Below are positions 55,050-63,028 of a DNA stretch of 64,000 bases, one piece after another (position 1 is the first letter of the stretch; every line of letters starts with the position of its first letter). Below the pieces are notes generated by a model, which worked only from the letters and a program-made list of their open reading frames with translations, made no database searches and was not told the origin of the DNA. Made by a program: the position numbers and the translations under genes. The stretch is from positions 576,192 through 640,191 of the forward strand of contig CAVTZJ010000002.1 of assembly GCA_963739205.1 (NCBI GenBank), written 5' to 3'. The stretch comes from an uncultured Pseudomonadota bacterium (GTDB lineage: Bacteria; Pseudomonadota; Gammaproteobacteria; Burkholderiales; SG8-39).

Positions 55050-56219
55050 CTAGGGAACCGTGCCGCGCATCGAGGCGGGGTGCCCCGGCAGCTCGACGCG
55101 CTTCCCGGTGTTCTTGACGTGCGTCCCGCTCACCTTGAGGATCGAGATGTCGTTGTCGATGTAGTTCCCGACGTAGAGGTATTTCCCGTCCGGGCTGAAC
55201 ACCGCGCCCTCGGGCAGGCCGCGTACCTCGACCTCGGCGATCTTCTTCACTTTCTTGCCGTCGATCGCGAGCACCGCCACCGAGCCGTTGCGGTGGTAGA
55301 AGAACGCAGACTTCGACGCGTTGCTGCCGCGGAGGAGCATCGCGACCGCGATCTTGCCCGTCGGGCTGATCGCCAGTCCCTCGGGTCCGTCGCCCACGAC
55401 GACCTCGTCGATCACGCGCGGCGGCTTCGCTTCCAGGTCGATGACGCCGACCGTATCGATGTTGCCGTCGGCGGAGCCGAGAGCGCCGTTGTTCGCCGTC
55501 AGGCCTAGCTTGCCGTTCGGCGTGATCGCGATGTTGTACGGAAACATCCCGACCAGCATGTCGTACTTCGAGTAGGTGACCTTGTCGCCGTCGATGTCGA
55601 GCACGGCGGCCTTGTTGGTGACGTTCTTCGACACCAGCGCACGCTTGCCGTCCGGCGTGAAGGCGACCGCCGACACCTGCTCGCCGATAGGAACGGTGTC
55701 GATCACCTTGACCTCTTTTCCGCTGATCGAAAGGACGCTTACCGAGTTGTCGGCGCGGTTCGCGACGAGCGCGAGGTTGCCCGCGCGGTTGATCGCCATG
55801 CCCGACGGCTGCTTGCCGCCCTTGACCGTCGCGATCAGCGCCGGCGGATTTGCCTTGAGATCGATGACGAAGATGTCGCTCCCCGGGACGCCTTTCCACT
55901 TACCCTCTTCCTGCACCCAGTCCATGGAGTTGGCGACGAGGGCGAGGCTGTCGTCCGGCGTGATCGCGAGATTCACCGGCGGCCCGAACACCGAGTTCAC
56001 GAGCGGCAGGGTGGCGACGATCTTCGGGTTCTCGCGGTTCTTGATGTCGAGGATGACGACCGCGTCCTTGTCGGGCGGCGATGTCATCATCTTGCCGTCG
56101 GCGTCCCAGGACACCTTGTTGTCGATTCCGACGACGATGTGCTGCGCGAAGACCGGTGTTACGAATGCCCCCAGGCACGAGGCCAGGGCGACGCTCCGTG
56201 CGATTCTCAGCTTGTTCAT
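55050..56219 (-). CDS. Secreted beta-propeller protein (YVTN/YncE-like repeats)
   Basis: Signal peptide MNKLRIARSVALASCLGAFVTPVFA. Repeated ...PxGLAISPDGK...VAN...VSVLD-type blades. Confidence 0.8.
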   Translation of the reverse strand: MNKLRIARSVALASCLGAFVTPVFAQHIVVGIDNKVSWDADGKMMTSPPDKDAVVILDIKNRENPKIVATLPLVNSVFGPPVNLAITPDDSLALVANSMDWVQEEGKWKGVPGSDIFVIDLKANPPALIATVKGGKQPSGMAINRAGNLALVANRADNSVSVLSISGKEVKVIDTVPIGEQVSAVAFTPDGKRALVSKNVTNKAAVLDIDGDKVTYSKYDMLVGMFPYNIAITPNGKLGLTANNGALGSADGNIDTVGVIDLEAKPPRVIDEVVVGDGPEGLAISPTGKIAVAMLLRGSNASKSAFFYHRNGSVAVLAIDGKKVKKIAEVEVRGLPEGAVFSPDGKYLYVGNYIDNDISILKVSGTHVKNTGKRVELPGHPASMRGTVP

Positions 56220-56292
56220 GGTGTCTCCTCCTTGGCGACCTTCGTGAACGCGTTGCGAAAAAGAATGCCGGCACGCGGCGCGGCCTGCGCGG

Positions 56293-57279
56293 CTATTTCT
56301 CGAGCAAGTAGCGGTCGCGCTGCGCCTTCCCGCAAGCGCCCATCACCTGCAGGCCACGGACCACCGCGTCGTTGCCGATCGCGAACGGGTTCGATGCCGC
56401 GCCCTTGCGCAAGGCGGCGAGCTTATCGATCGCGCCGTCGTAGCCCGCGTGGTTGGAAATCATCACATCGATCCCTTCCGCCTTCGCGATGCGCGCCATG
56501 CGCTCAGTCGCGTCGATGTAACTCTGCAGCCGCGGTATATCGTTGCCGAAGTTGAAGGCCGTGCCGCCCCAGAGCAGCACACGGTGCGTGCGGCCCCCGT
56601 CGCGCACGTCGAACGTGGGCGAGATGGTGCCGTGCGTGTGGCCGGCCGTGACATTCAGAGTCACCGACACGTCGCCCAGCGCGAGCTTGTCGCCGTCTTT
56701 CACCCGCAGGTCGCGGCCCGGGTCGTACTTCGGCGGCCGCCCCCAGTGCTGCGAATCGAACTCGAGCTTCTCTTCCGTTTGCTGCCAGTCGACCTCGCTC
56801 ATCACTACGCTGGGGTGATAGCGCGAGACCAAGTAGTCCACGCCGCCGTAGTGGTCCCCATGGGCGTGCGTTACGAGGATGTACTTCACGGTCGAAGGAT
56901 CGAGACCCAGCCTGCGCATCCCGCCGTCGATCAGGTGCTCCGCCTCCGTCGCGTTATCCAGCGCGTCGATCAAGATCACTCCCTGCGACGTCTTGATTGC
57001 CCAGGCGCTCACCCAGGCGGCGCCGATGTAGTACAAGTTGTCGAAGGCCCGCCCCGGCTCCGGCGCTGGCCGGGCCATCTGCGTCGCCAGAAATTTGTCG
57101 ACCGCCGCCTGCGGCGGCCTCGCCGCCGGCGCCGGGTTGCAGAGCGCGAGCAGCGGCTTCAGGTCGTCGCCCGCGAGCTTGTGGGCCTCCGAGACGTAGG
57201 CGGAGATCGTCTCCTGCGATGCGGGCGGTGGCGTGTGGGCGCACGCAGCGACACCGAACGCCGCGACCACCGCGGCCAT
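56293..57279 (-). CDS. MBL-fold metallo-hydrolase, probably exported
   Basis: THAHGDHYGG motif. MAAVVAAFGVAACA signal/lipobox-like start. ATGs further upstream (57330, 57354) are possible. Confidence 0.8.
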   Translation of the reverse strand: MAAVVAAFGVAACAHTPPPASQETISAYVSEAHKLAGDDLKPLLALCNPAPAARPPQAAVDKFLATQMARPAPEPGRAFDNLYYIGAAWVSAWAIKTSQGVILIDALDNATEAEHLIDGGMRRLGLDPSTVKYILVTHAHGDHYGGVDYLVSRYHPSVVMSEVDWQQTEEKLEFDSQHWGRPPKYDPGRDLRVKDGDKLALGDVSVTLNVTAGHTHGTISPTFDVRDGGRTHRVLLWGGTAFNFGNDIPRLQSYIDATERMARIAKAEGIDVMISNHAGYDGAIDKLAALRKGAASNPFAIGNDAVVRGLQVMGACGKAQRDRYLLEK

Positions 57280-57404
57280 CCTGGCGGGTACCGGCGTAAT
57301 TGTTGTTCTCCCTGAAAGATCTGACAGCATCTGCTCGCCGTCGCAGGCTGTCAATCAGGCGCGCGACCCTCGATGCACTGAGCAGATGTGTGCGGGGAGG
57401 TTCA

Positions 57405-57602
57405 TCAAAACGCGCGGATCTGGTCCAGGTCCTCGACCGCCGAGGTCTGCCAGGGCACGTCGGTGCGATCGACGCTGCTGCCATAGAACTGCGCGCACGA
57501 GATGTGCTTCGGCTGCCCGTGCGTCGGCCTGGCGACGAACAGGCAGACACCGAGGAGAACCGCGCCGGCGAACGCCGCACGGAGGAGGTGTTTGGCGCTC
57601 AT
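57405..57602 (-). CDS. Small secreted hypothetical protein
   Basis: SD GAGGGAG. Signal-like MSAKHLLRAAFAGAVLLGVCLFVA. 65 aa. Confidence 0.4.
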   Translation of the reverse strand: MSAKHLLRAAFAGAVLLGVCLFVARPTHGQPKHISCAQFYGSSVDRTDVPWQTSAVEDLDQIRAF

Positions 57603-57638
57603 GGCGGGCTCCCTCGGTAAGGGGTTGCAGGCACGGGC

Positions 57639-57842
57639 CTAGTTGCGGCCGAGCCAGGTGTAGTTGGAGGCGAAGATGAAGTCCTCGGGCACGCCCTGTT
57701 GCGTCGCGTGCTGGGCCTGGATCTGCGGCGCGGCGATCGGCTGGAAGGCCTGGGCGGCGCTCATGCTGGCCGGGAGCACTCCGGAGCCGATGCCGAGAAC
57801 CAGAGCGGTGACGGCGGCTTGCAGGATCAGTTTGGCGTTCAT
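57639..57842 (-). CDS. Small secreted hypothetical protein
   Basis: SD GGAGG upstream of the MNAKLILQAAVTALVLGIGSG start. 67 aa. Confidence 0.4.
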   Translation of the reverse strand: MNAKLILQAAVTALVLGIGSGVLPASMSAAQAFQPIAAPQIQAQHATQQGVPEDFIFASNYTWLGRN

Positions 57843-58005
57843 GGCGTCCTCCGTGTCTTGATGCTTCACAGAGTAAAGATCGGACGCCGGGAACTCAGCG
57901 ACGCATGGCGCAGGGAAAAAGTGACGGATTCACATTCGGGCCCGCTTCGTGGCCGTCAGAGACACTGAAAGACGGAATTCAGCGCCGACGCCCTTTGGCC
58001 GCCGC

Positions 58006-58057
58006 TTGACATGCAAGGCGTTACTTGCCTATCATTCAGGCAAGCAATGACTTGCCT
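58006..58057 (+). promoter_or_regulatory. Candidate sigma70 promoter with overlapping ArsR-type operator half-sites
   Basis: TTGACA (58006-58011), 18-nt spacer, TATCAT (58030-58035). Half-sites CTTGCCT (58024-30), AGGCAAG (58038-44), CTTGCCT (58051-57). Confidence 0.4.
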
Positions 58058-58064
58058 ATAGAAC

Positions 58065-58399
58065 ATGGCCGAGCGCCGCGACACCGACGTGCTGTTCAAG
58101 GCCCTGGCCGATCCCAGCCGGCGCAAGCTCCTCGACCTGCTTGCACGCGCACGACGGCCAGAACGCTCAACGAGCTGTGCGAGCACCTGGACATGACCCG
58201 GCAGGGCGTGACGCAGCACCTGGGCCTGCTGGAGGCGGCGAACCTGGTCGCCACCGTGTGGCGCGGCCGCGAAAAGCTGCACTTCCTCAATCCGGTGCCG
58301 CTGCAGGAGATCTACGAGCGCTGGATCGCCAAGTTCGAAAAGCCGCGCCTCAAGGCGCTTTCCGACCTCAAACGACGACTGGAGAAGACCCATGGCTAA
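58065..58399 (+). pseudogene. ArsR/SmtB family regulator with two closely spaced frameshifts
   Basis: The ATG frame gives MAERRDTDVLFKALADPSRRKLLDLL, then stops. HAHDGQ is in frame +1. TLNELCEHLDMTRQGVTQHLGLLEAANLV... is in frame +2 (the track ORF 58025-58399). Confidence 0.7.
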
Positions 58400-58868
58400 A
58401 TCGACCTTCGTTTACGTGACCTACATCCGCACCACGCCGGAGAAGCTGTGGTCCGCGCTGACCGACGCGGCGTTCATGGAGCAGTACTGGTTCGGCGCGC
58501 GCTGCGAAAGCCGGTGGACGGCGGGATCGCCGTGGAAGCTGGTGTCCGGCGACGGCCAGATCCTGGACGCCGGCGAGATCGTCGAGGCAGTTCCGCCGCG
58601 GCGCCTGGTGATCCGCTGGCAGAACCAGTTCAGGCCCGAGCTCAAGGCCGAAGGCGCGTCGCTCTGCACGATGGAGCTGGAACCAAGCGGCACGGCGGTG
58701 AGGCTCTCCATCACCCACACGATCGAGCGCGAGCCCTCGAAATTCATCGAGGCGGTGTCGGGCGGCTGGCCGAAGGTCCTCTCCAACCTCAAGTCGCTGC
58801 TGGAGACCGGCGCCATCGCTATCCAGGACCCCTACCCCAAATATGCCGCCCAGCCCGCGAAGGCATAG
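58392..58868 (+). CDS. SRPBCC (AHSA1/START-like) domain protein
   Basis: VTYIRTTPEKLWSALTDAAFMEQYWFG. Overlaps the ArsR 3' end by 8 nt. Confidence 0.85.
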   Translation: MAKSTFVYVTYIRTTPEKLWSALTDAAFMEQYWFGARCESRWTAGSPWKLVSGDGQILDAGEIVEAVPPRRLVIRWQNQFRPELKAEGASLCTMELEPSGTAVRLSITHTIEREPSKFIEAVSGGWPKVLSNLKSLLETGAIAIQDPYPKYAAQPAKA

Positions 58869-58923
58869 CGCGGGAGGCGGTATAGACTTCCGTTTGCCCC
58901 GTCGATTCTGAAAGGAGCCGGCC

Positions 58924-60126
58924 ATGGCAGCCACGCGCGGCGAGAAGAGGAAAGCGGTTTCCGCGAAAGGCCGGTCCGCCCGGGCGCGCGCCGCGCCCCG
59001 CACGATCGTGCTCGTGGCGACGCGCAAGGGCGCGTGGCTATTTCACGGCGACGCGGCGCGCAGAACATGGCGCGCGGACGGGCCGCATTTCCTCGGCCAT
59101 AACGTGAGCCACCTCGTGCTCGACCCGCGCGACGGCCGCACGCTGCTCGCGGCGGCGAAGACCGGCCATCTCGGGCCGACCGTCTTCCGCTCCACCGACC
59201 TCGGCAAGACCTGGAAGGAAGCGGCGAAGCCGCCCGCGTTCGCGAAGGCGCCGGAAGGGCAGACCGGGCGCTCGGTCGACCACACGTTCTGGCTCGCGCC
59301 GGGCCGCGCCGAGGACAGGGATCTCTGGTACGCGGGCACCTCGCCGCAGGGCCTGTTCCGCTCGACCGACGGGGGGATTACGTGGGAGCCCTACTCGATC
59401 ATCAACGACGACCCGCAATTCCGCGAGTGGATGGGCACCGTGCAGGACGGCACGCCGGACGGGCCGAAGCTGCATTCGATCATCGTCGATCCGCGCGACG
59501 GCGAGCATCTCTACATCGGCATGTCCGGCGGCGGCGCGCACGAAACGCGGGACGGCGGCCGCACCTGGAAAGCGCTCATCAAGGGCATGGACGTGGTCGA
59601 GGGCTTCGGCTTCGATCCGGCCAAGCCCACCTTCCACGACCCGCACTGCATGCGCCTGTGCGCGACCAATCCGGACCGGCTCTACCAGCAGAATCACTGC
59701 GGCATCTACCGCCTCGACCGGCCCTCCGACACCTGGGTGCGCATCGGCCGCAGCATGCCGAAGACGGTCGGCGACATCGGCTTTCCGCTCGTGCTGCACC
59801 CGCGCGATCCGGACGTCGCCTGGGTGTTCCCGATGGACGGCACGCAGGTCTGGCCGCGCACGAGCCCCGGCGGCAAGCCGGCGGCCTACGTCACCCGCAA
59901 CGGCGGCAAGACCTGGCAACGGCTCGACGCCGGCCTGCCGAAGAGCCAGGCGTGGTGGACGGTGAAGCGCCAGTGCATGGCGGCGGACGCGTGCGACTCC
60001 GTCGCGCTCTACCTCGGCAACAGCCAGGGCGAACTGTGGATCGGCCGCGACGAAGGCCGGCGCTGGTCCTGCATCGCGCAGCATCTGCCCGAAATCTACG
60101 CCGTCGAGACCGCCGCGCTTCGCTGA
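58924..60126 (+). CDS. BNR/sialidase-like beta-propeller protein
   Basis: SD AAAGGAG. Repeated SxDxGxTW motifs: STDLGKTWK, STDGGITWE, TRDGGRTWK, TRNGGKTWQ. Confidence 0.8.
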   Translation: MAATRGEKRKAVSAKGRSARARAAPRTIVLVATRKGAWLFHGDAARRTWRADGPHFLGHNVSHLVLDPRDGRTLLAAAKTGHLGPTVFRSTDLGKTWKEAAKPPAFAKAPEGQTGRSVDHTFWLAPGRAEDRDLWYAGTSPQGLFRSTDGGITWEPYSIINDDPQFREWMGTVQDGTPDGPKLHSIIVDPRDGEHLYIGMSGGGAHETRDGGRTWKALIKGMDVVEGFGFDPAKPTFHDPHCMRLCATNPDRLYQQNHCGIYRLDRPSDTWVRIGRSMPKTVGDIGFPLVLHPRDPDVAWVFPMDGTQVWPRTSPGGKPAAYVTRNGGKTWQRLDAGLPKSQAWWTVKRQCMAADACDSVALYLGNSQGELWIGRDEGRRWSCIAQHLPEIYAVETAALR

Positions 60127-60131
60127 AATCA

Positions 60132-60389
60132 ATGAAGGTGCTGATTCCCAGCGCGCTGCTCTCCTACACCGAGCGCAGCCAGACCGAGGCGAGCGGCCCC
60201 ACCCTCGCGGCGCTGCTGACCGACCTCGATCAGCGGTACGCGGGCATCCGCTTTCGCATCATCGACGAGCAGGACCGCATCCGGCGCCACATCCGCATCT
60301 TCGTCAACGGCGAGCAGGCGCGCGACCTCTCCCGGCCGCTCTCCGCGGCCGACGAAGTCGTCATCGTGCAGGCGTTGTCGGGGGGTTGA
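60132..60389 (+). CDS. MoaD/ThiS-like ubiquitin-fold protein ending in Gly-Gly
   Basis: 85 aa. ...IRIFVNGEQARDLSRPLSAADEVVIVQALSGG-stop. Starts 5 nt after the propeller gene. Confidence 0.8.
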   Translation: MKVLIPSALLSYTERSQTEASGPTLAALLTDLDQRYAGIRFRIIDEQDRIRRHIRIFVNGEQARDLSRPLSAADEVVIVQALSGG

Positions 60390-60509
60390 CTGCGGGGCGG
60401 CTGACCGCGGGTCCGCGCCACATCGGTCGCGCCTGGCGCCGTTCAATTGCGCTTCGCCCAATAGTGCCGGGACGCGCGCTGCGCCGTGTGAGCATAATCC
60501 GGCAGCGAA

Positions 60510-61664
60510 ATGGACCTCGGGGGGGAGGCCATGCTCGAGCAGAAGATCAACGAGTTTTTCGGCGACAGCGACCCGACCGGATTCGGCACCGGCTGGTGGA
60601 GCGGGGTGCTGTCGGCCTTCTTTGGGGTGCTCGCGCTCGGGGCGGTCGTCTGCCTGCATTTTCCGCAACTGCTGACGTCTCCGGAGCTGCGGCCGCACTA
60701 CCCGATCGACCTCATCCGCCTGCTGATCCAGGCGGTCATCGCCGCGGCGATGCTGCTCGGGGTCATCTCCGCGTTCCTGCGCCGCAAGAAGGTGCTGGCC
60801 CTGACCGGGATGCTGCTCGCGCTCGCCGCGACGCTGCTGGGCGGCGCCAGCGTCCCGATCAACGGGCCGCTCGGCGACGGCCCGGCGATCGGCCTGGACT
60901 GGTTCCTGCTCGACATGCTGCTGATGACGCTGGTCTTCTCGCCTATCGAAGTGCTCTGGCCCGCCTATCCGAAGCAGAGCGTCTTCCGGCCCGATTGGCT
61001 GCAGGACATCGTGTACTTCCTGTCCACGCACCTGCCGATCCAGATCACGTCATTCCTGATCCTGCTGCCCGCCACCCAGCTCACCGCGGTTTTCGGCGTT
61101 CCCGGCGTGGTGGCCGCGGTGGGCCGCCTGCCCTGGCCGGTACAGTTCTTCCTCGCCGTCCTGGTGGCGGACCTCGCCGAATACGCCATCCACCGGCTCT
61201 TCCACACGGTGCCGTTCCTGTGGCGCTTCCACGCCATTCACCATTCGTCCAAGGCGCTCGACTGGATCGCGGGCTCGCGCGCCCACATCGTGGAAGACGT
61301 CGTGGTGCGGGGATTCATGCTGATTCCGATGATGTTCATCTTCCCCCGGGACATGATCGTGGCCTACCTGCTTTTCGTCACCATCCACGCCACCTGGGCG
61401 CATTGCAATTTCGGTCCGACGATCAAGTGGCTGGAGCCGTACCTGATCCAGCCGAGGTTCCACCACTGGCATCACACGTCGCAGGTAGAGGCGATCGACC
61501 GGAACTTCGCCATCCACTTCCCGTGGATCGACAAGCTCTTCGGAACGCATTACTTCCCCAAGGACAAGTGGCCGGACACCTACGGCCTGCATAACGAGAA
61601 GATCCCGGCCGGCTTCTGGGCGCAGACCTTCTATCCGTTCACGCGCAGGAAGGCCGCGGCCTAG
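60510..61664 (+). CDS. Sterol desaturase / fatty acid hydroxylase superfamily membrane protein
   Basis: His boxes HRLFH, HAIHHSS, HHWHH. Multiple TM segments. Confidence 0.85.
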   Translation: MDLGGEAMLEQKINEFFGDSDPTGFGTGWWSGVLSAFFGVLALGAVVCLHFPQLLTSPELRPHYPIDLIRLLIQAVIAAAMLLGVISAFLRRKKVLALTGMLLALAATLLGGASVPINGPLGDGPAIGLDWFLLDMLLMTLVFSPIEVLWPAYPKQSVFRPDWLQDIVYFLSTHLPIQITSFLILLPATQLTAVFGVPGVVAAVGRLPWPVQFFLAVLVADLAEYAIHRLFHTVPFLWRFHAIHHSSKALDWIAGSRAHIVEDVVVRGFMLIPMMFIFPRDMIVAYLLFVTIHATWAHCNFGPTIKWLEPYLIQPRFHHWHHTSQVEAIDRNFAIHFPWIDKLFGTHYFPKDKWPDTYGLHNEKIPAGFWAQTFYPFTRRKAAA

Positions 61665-61670
61665 CGCGCG

Positions 61671-62528
61671 CTAGAAGTTCAGCGACGCCAGCCGGACGTC
61701 CCCCGGCAGCTCCGCGCCCGTCGTCGTCGCGCGCACCAGGCCCAGCGCCTTCATGACCTTGACAGCCGCGAGCCCGAAGTCGTATTCGGACTCGTCGTGG
61801 CTCAGGCGGAGCAGCCCCGGCGAGTGGTGGTGGTTGTTCTGCAGGCAGGCGCTGAACGTGATAATGACCGGCAGCAACTCGCCGATGTTCATCGCATTGT
61901 CGCGCTCGTCGTCGTAGCGCCGGTAGCCGAACCGGCGGTCGTGGGTCCAGTAGTTCTGGACCATGTTGACCCAGAGCGCGAAGACGCGGAACACGATCCA
62001 CATCGCGGCCGCGAAGAGCAGATCGCCCACGAGCACCCAGAGCAGCCAGAAGTTGAAGACCTGGGAAACTACGGCGAACACCGGGTTCGAGACGATGCGG
62101 AACGCCCAGGAATGCAGTATCGCGTCGTTGGCCACGTTGGCCACGCAACTGTAGGGGAAGAGGCACAGATAGAGCGTTCGCCAGAAGCCGTCGGAGGAAA
62201 GCTTGTTGGGATCGCCGGGGTGGTCGGAAAACCGGTGATGGTGCCGGTGCCGGTTCACCCAGGTGACCGGATTGATGTAGACGCCGAAGGTGTTGTTGAC
62301 GACGGTGATCGCCTTGACGAACCACTCCTTGTATTCGAGCGCGCGGTGGGCGATTCCCATGTGAATGACGCAGGACAGGTACACCCCGGCGACGAACCAG
62401 CACGCGATGAAGTAGGCCGCGCCGATCAGGAGGCCCATCCAGGGGCCGATCGCCGGCGGCGCGAAGTACAAGCAGGCGAGCGCATAGACGAGGATGATCG
62501 AATACCCGGCGACGTTGTAGATATTCAC
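61671..62528 (-). CDS. Acyl-CoA (delta-9-type) fatty acid desaturase
   Basis: His boxes HMGIAH, HRHHHRFSDHPGDPN, HNNHHHSP. Confidence 0.88.
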   Translation of the reverse strand: MNIYNVAGYSIILVYALACLYFAPPAIGPWMGLLIGAAYFIACWFVAGVYLSCVIHMGIAHRALEYKEWFVKAITVVNNTFGVYINPVTWVNRHRHHHRFSDHPGDPNKLSSDGFWRTLYLCLFPYSCVANVANDAILHSWAFRIVSNPVFAVVSQVFNFWLLWVLVGDLLFAAAMWIVFRVFALWVNMVQNYWTHDRRFGYRRYDDERDNAMNIGELLPVIITFSACLQNNHHHSPGLLRLSHDESEYDFGLAAVKVMKALGLVRATTTGAELPGDVRLASLNF

Positions 62529-62529
62529 G

Positions 62530-62715
62530 GCGTACTCCCTGTAGTTCTTGTTCGGCGAGTGTAGCCGAGCACCGTTGTGGAAGGGTGCGTAGTTGTACCG
62601 CGGCTTTGAGCTATTCGTCCTGTTTGAAGCGCAGTCCGTGAACGATGTCCGACTTCGTCGAGTGGAAGAACGACTCGATATAGGCGTTATCGTTGCTCGT
62701 GCCGCATCGGTTCAT
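62530..62715 (-). mobile_element. Relic of an IS3-family transposase (OrfB C-terminus), frameshifted
   Basis: GTSNDNAYIESFFHSTKSDIVHGLRF (DDE third-Glu region), then in another frame RYNYAPFHNGARLHSPNKNYREY (YN..R.HS..SP..Y-type tail). No N-terminal part and no inverted repeats seen. Confidence 0.55.
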
Positions 62716-62720
62716 GTCGC

Positions 62721-62901
62721 GGCGCTGCTCGCCGACCTCGATCAGCAGTACACGGGCATCCGCTTTCGCATCATCGACGAGCAGGACCGCATCCGGCGCC
62801 ACATACGCATCTTCGTCAACAGCGAGCAGGCGCGCGACCTCTCGCAGCCGCTTGCCGCAGCCGTCGAAGTCATCATCCTGCAGGCGCTCTCGGGCGGCTG
62901 A
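62721..62901 (+). pseudogene. 3' fragment of a second MoaD/ThiS-like gene
   Basis: AALLADLDQQYTGIRFRIIDEQDRIRRHIRIFVNSEQARDLSQPLAAAVEVIILQALSGG is a near-copy of 60204-60389. The upstream part of the 102-aa track ORF is antisense to the IS relic. Confidence 0.65.
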
Positions 62902-63028
62902 GGGCGGATTCGCGCGACGCTGCTTCAGGCCAAGAACTATTCGACCTACACCGGTGGTCGCCAAGGCGGGCGAAGCCTCATTGGAGGCGTAGTATGGCCG
63001 GACTTCAAATCGTCTTTGGGGCGATTCA

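Noticed and set aside
54965-55117. A 50-codon ORF (MAILVPISDARERARVDG...) preceded by a good SD (AAGGAG) between DUF1993 and the propeller gene.
   Set aside because: The start looks real, but the ORF runs into the 3' end of the convergent propeller gene and has no recognisable fold. It may be a relic of an antitoxin-like gene. The evidence is insufficient.
62593-62901. A 102-aa ORF that looks like an intact MoaD-like gene.
   Set aside because: Only residues from about 44 onward match the MoaD-like protein. The N-terminal part is antisense to the IS3 transposase relic. I treat it as a gene fragment.
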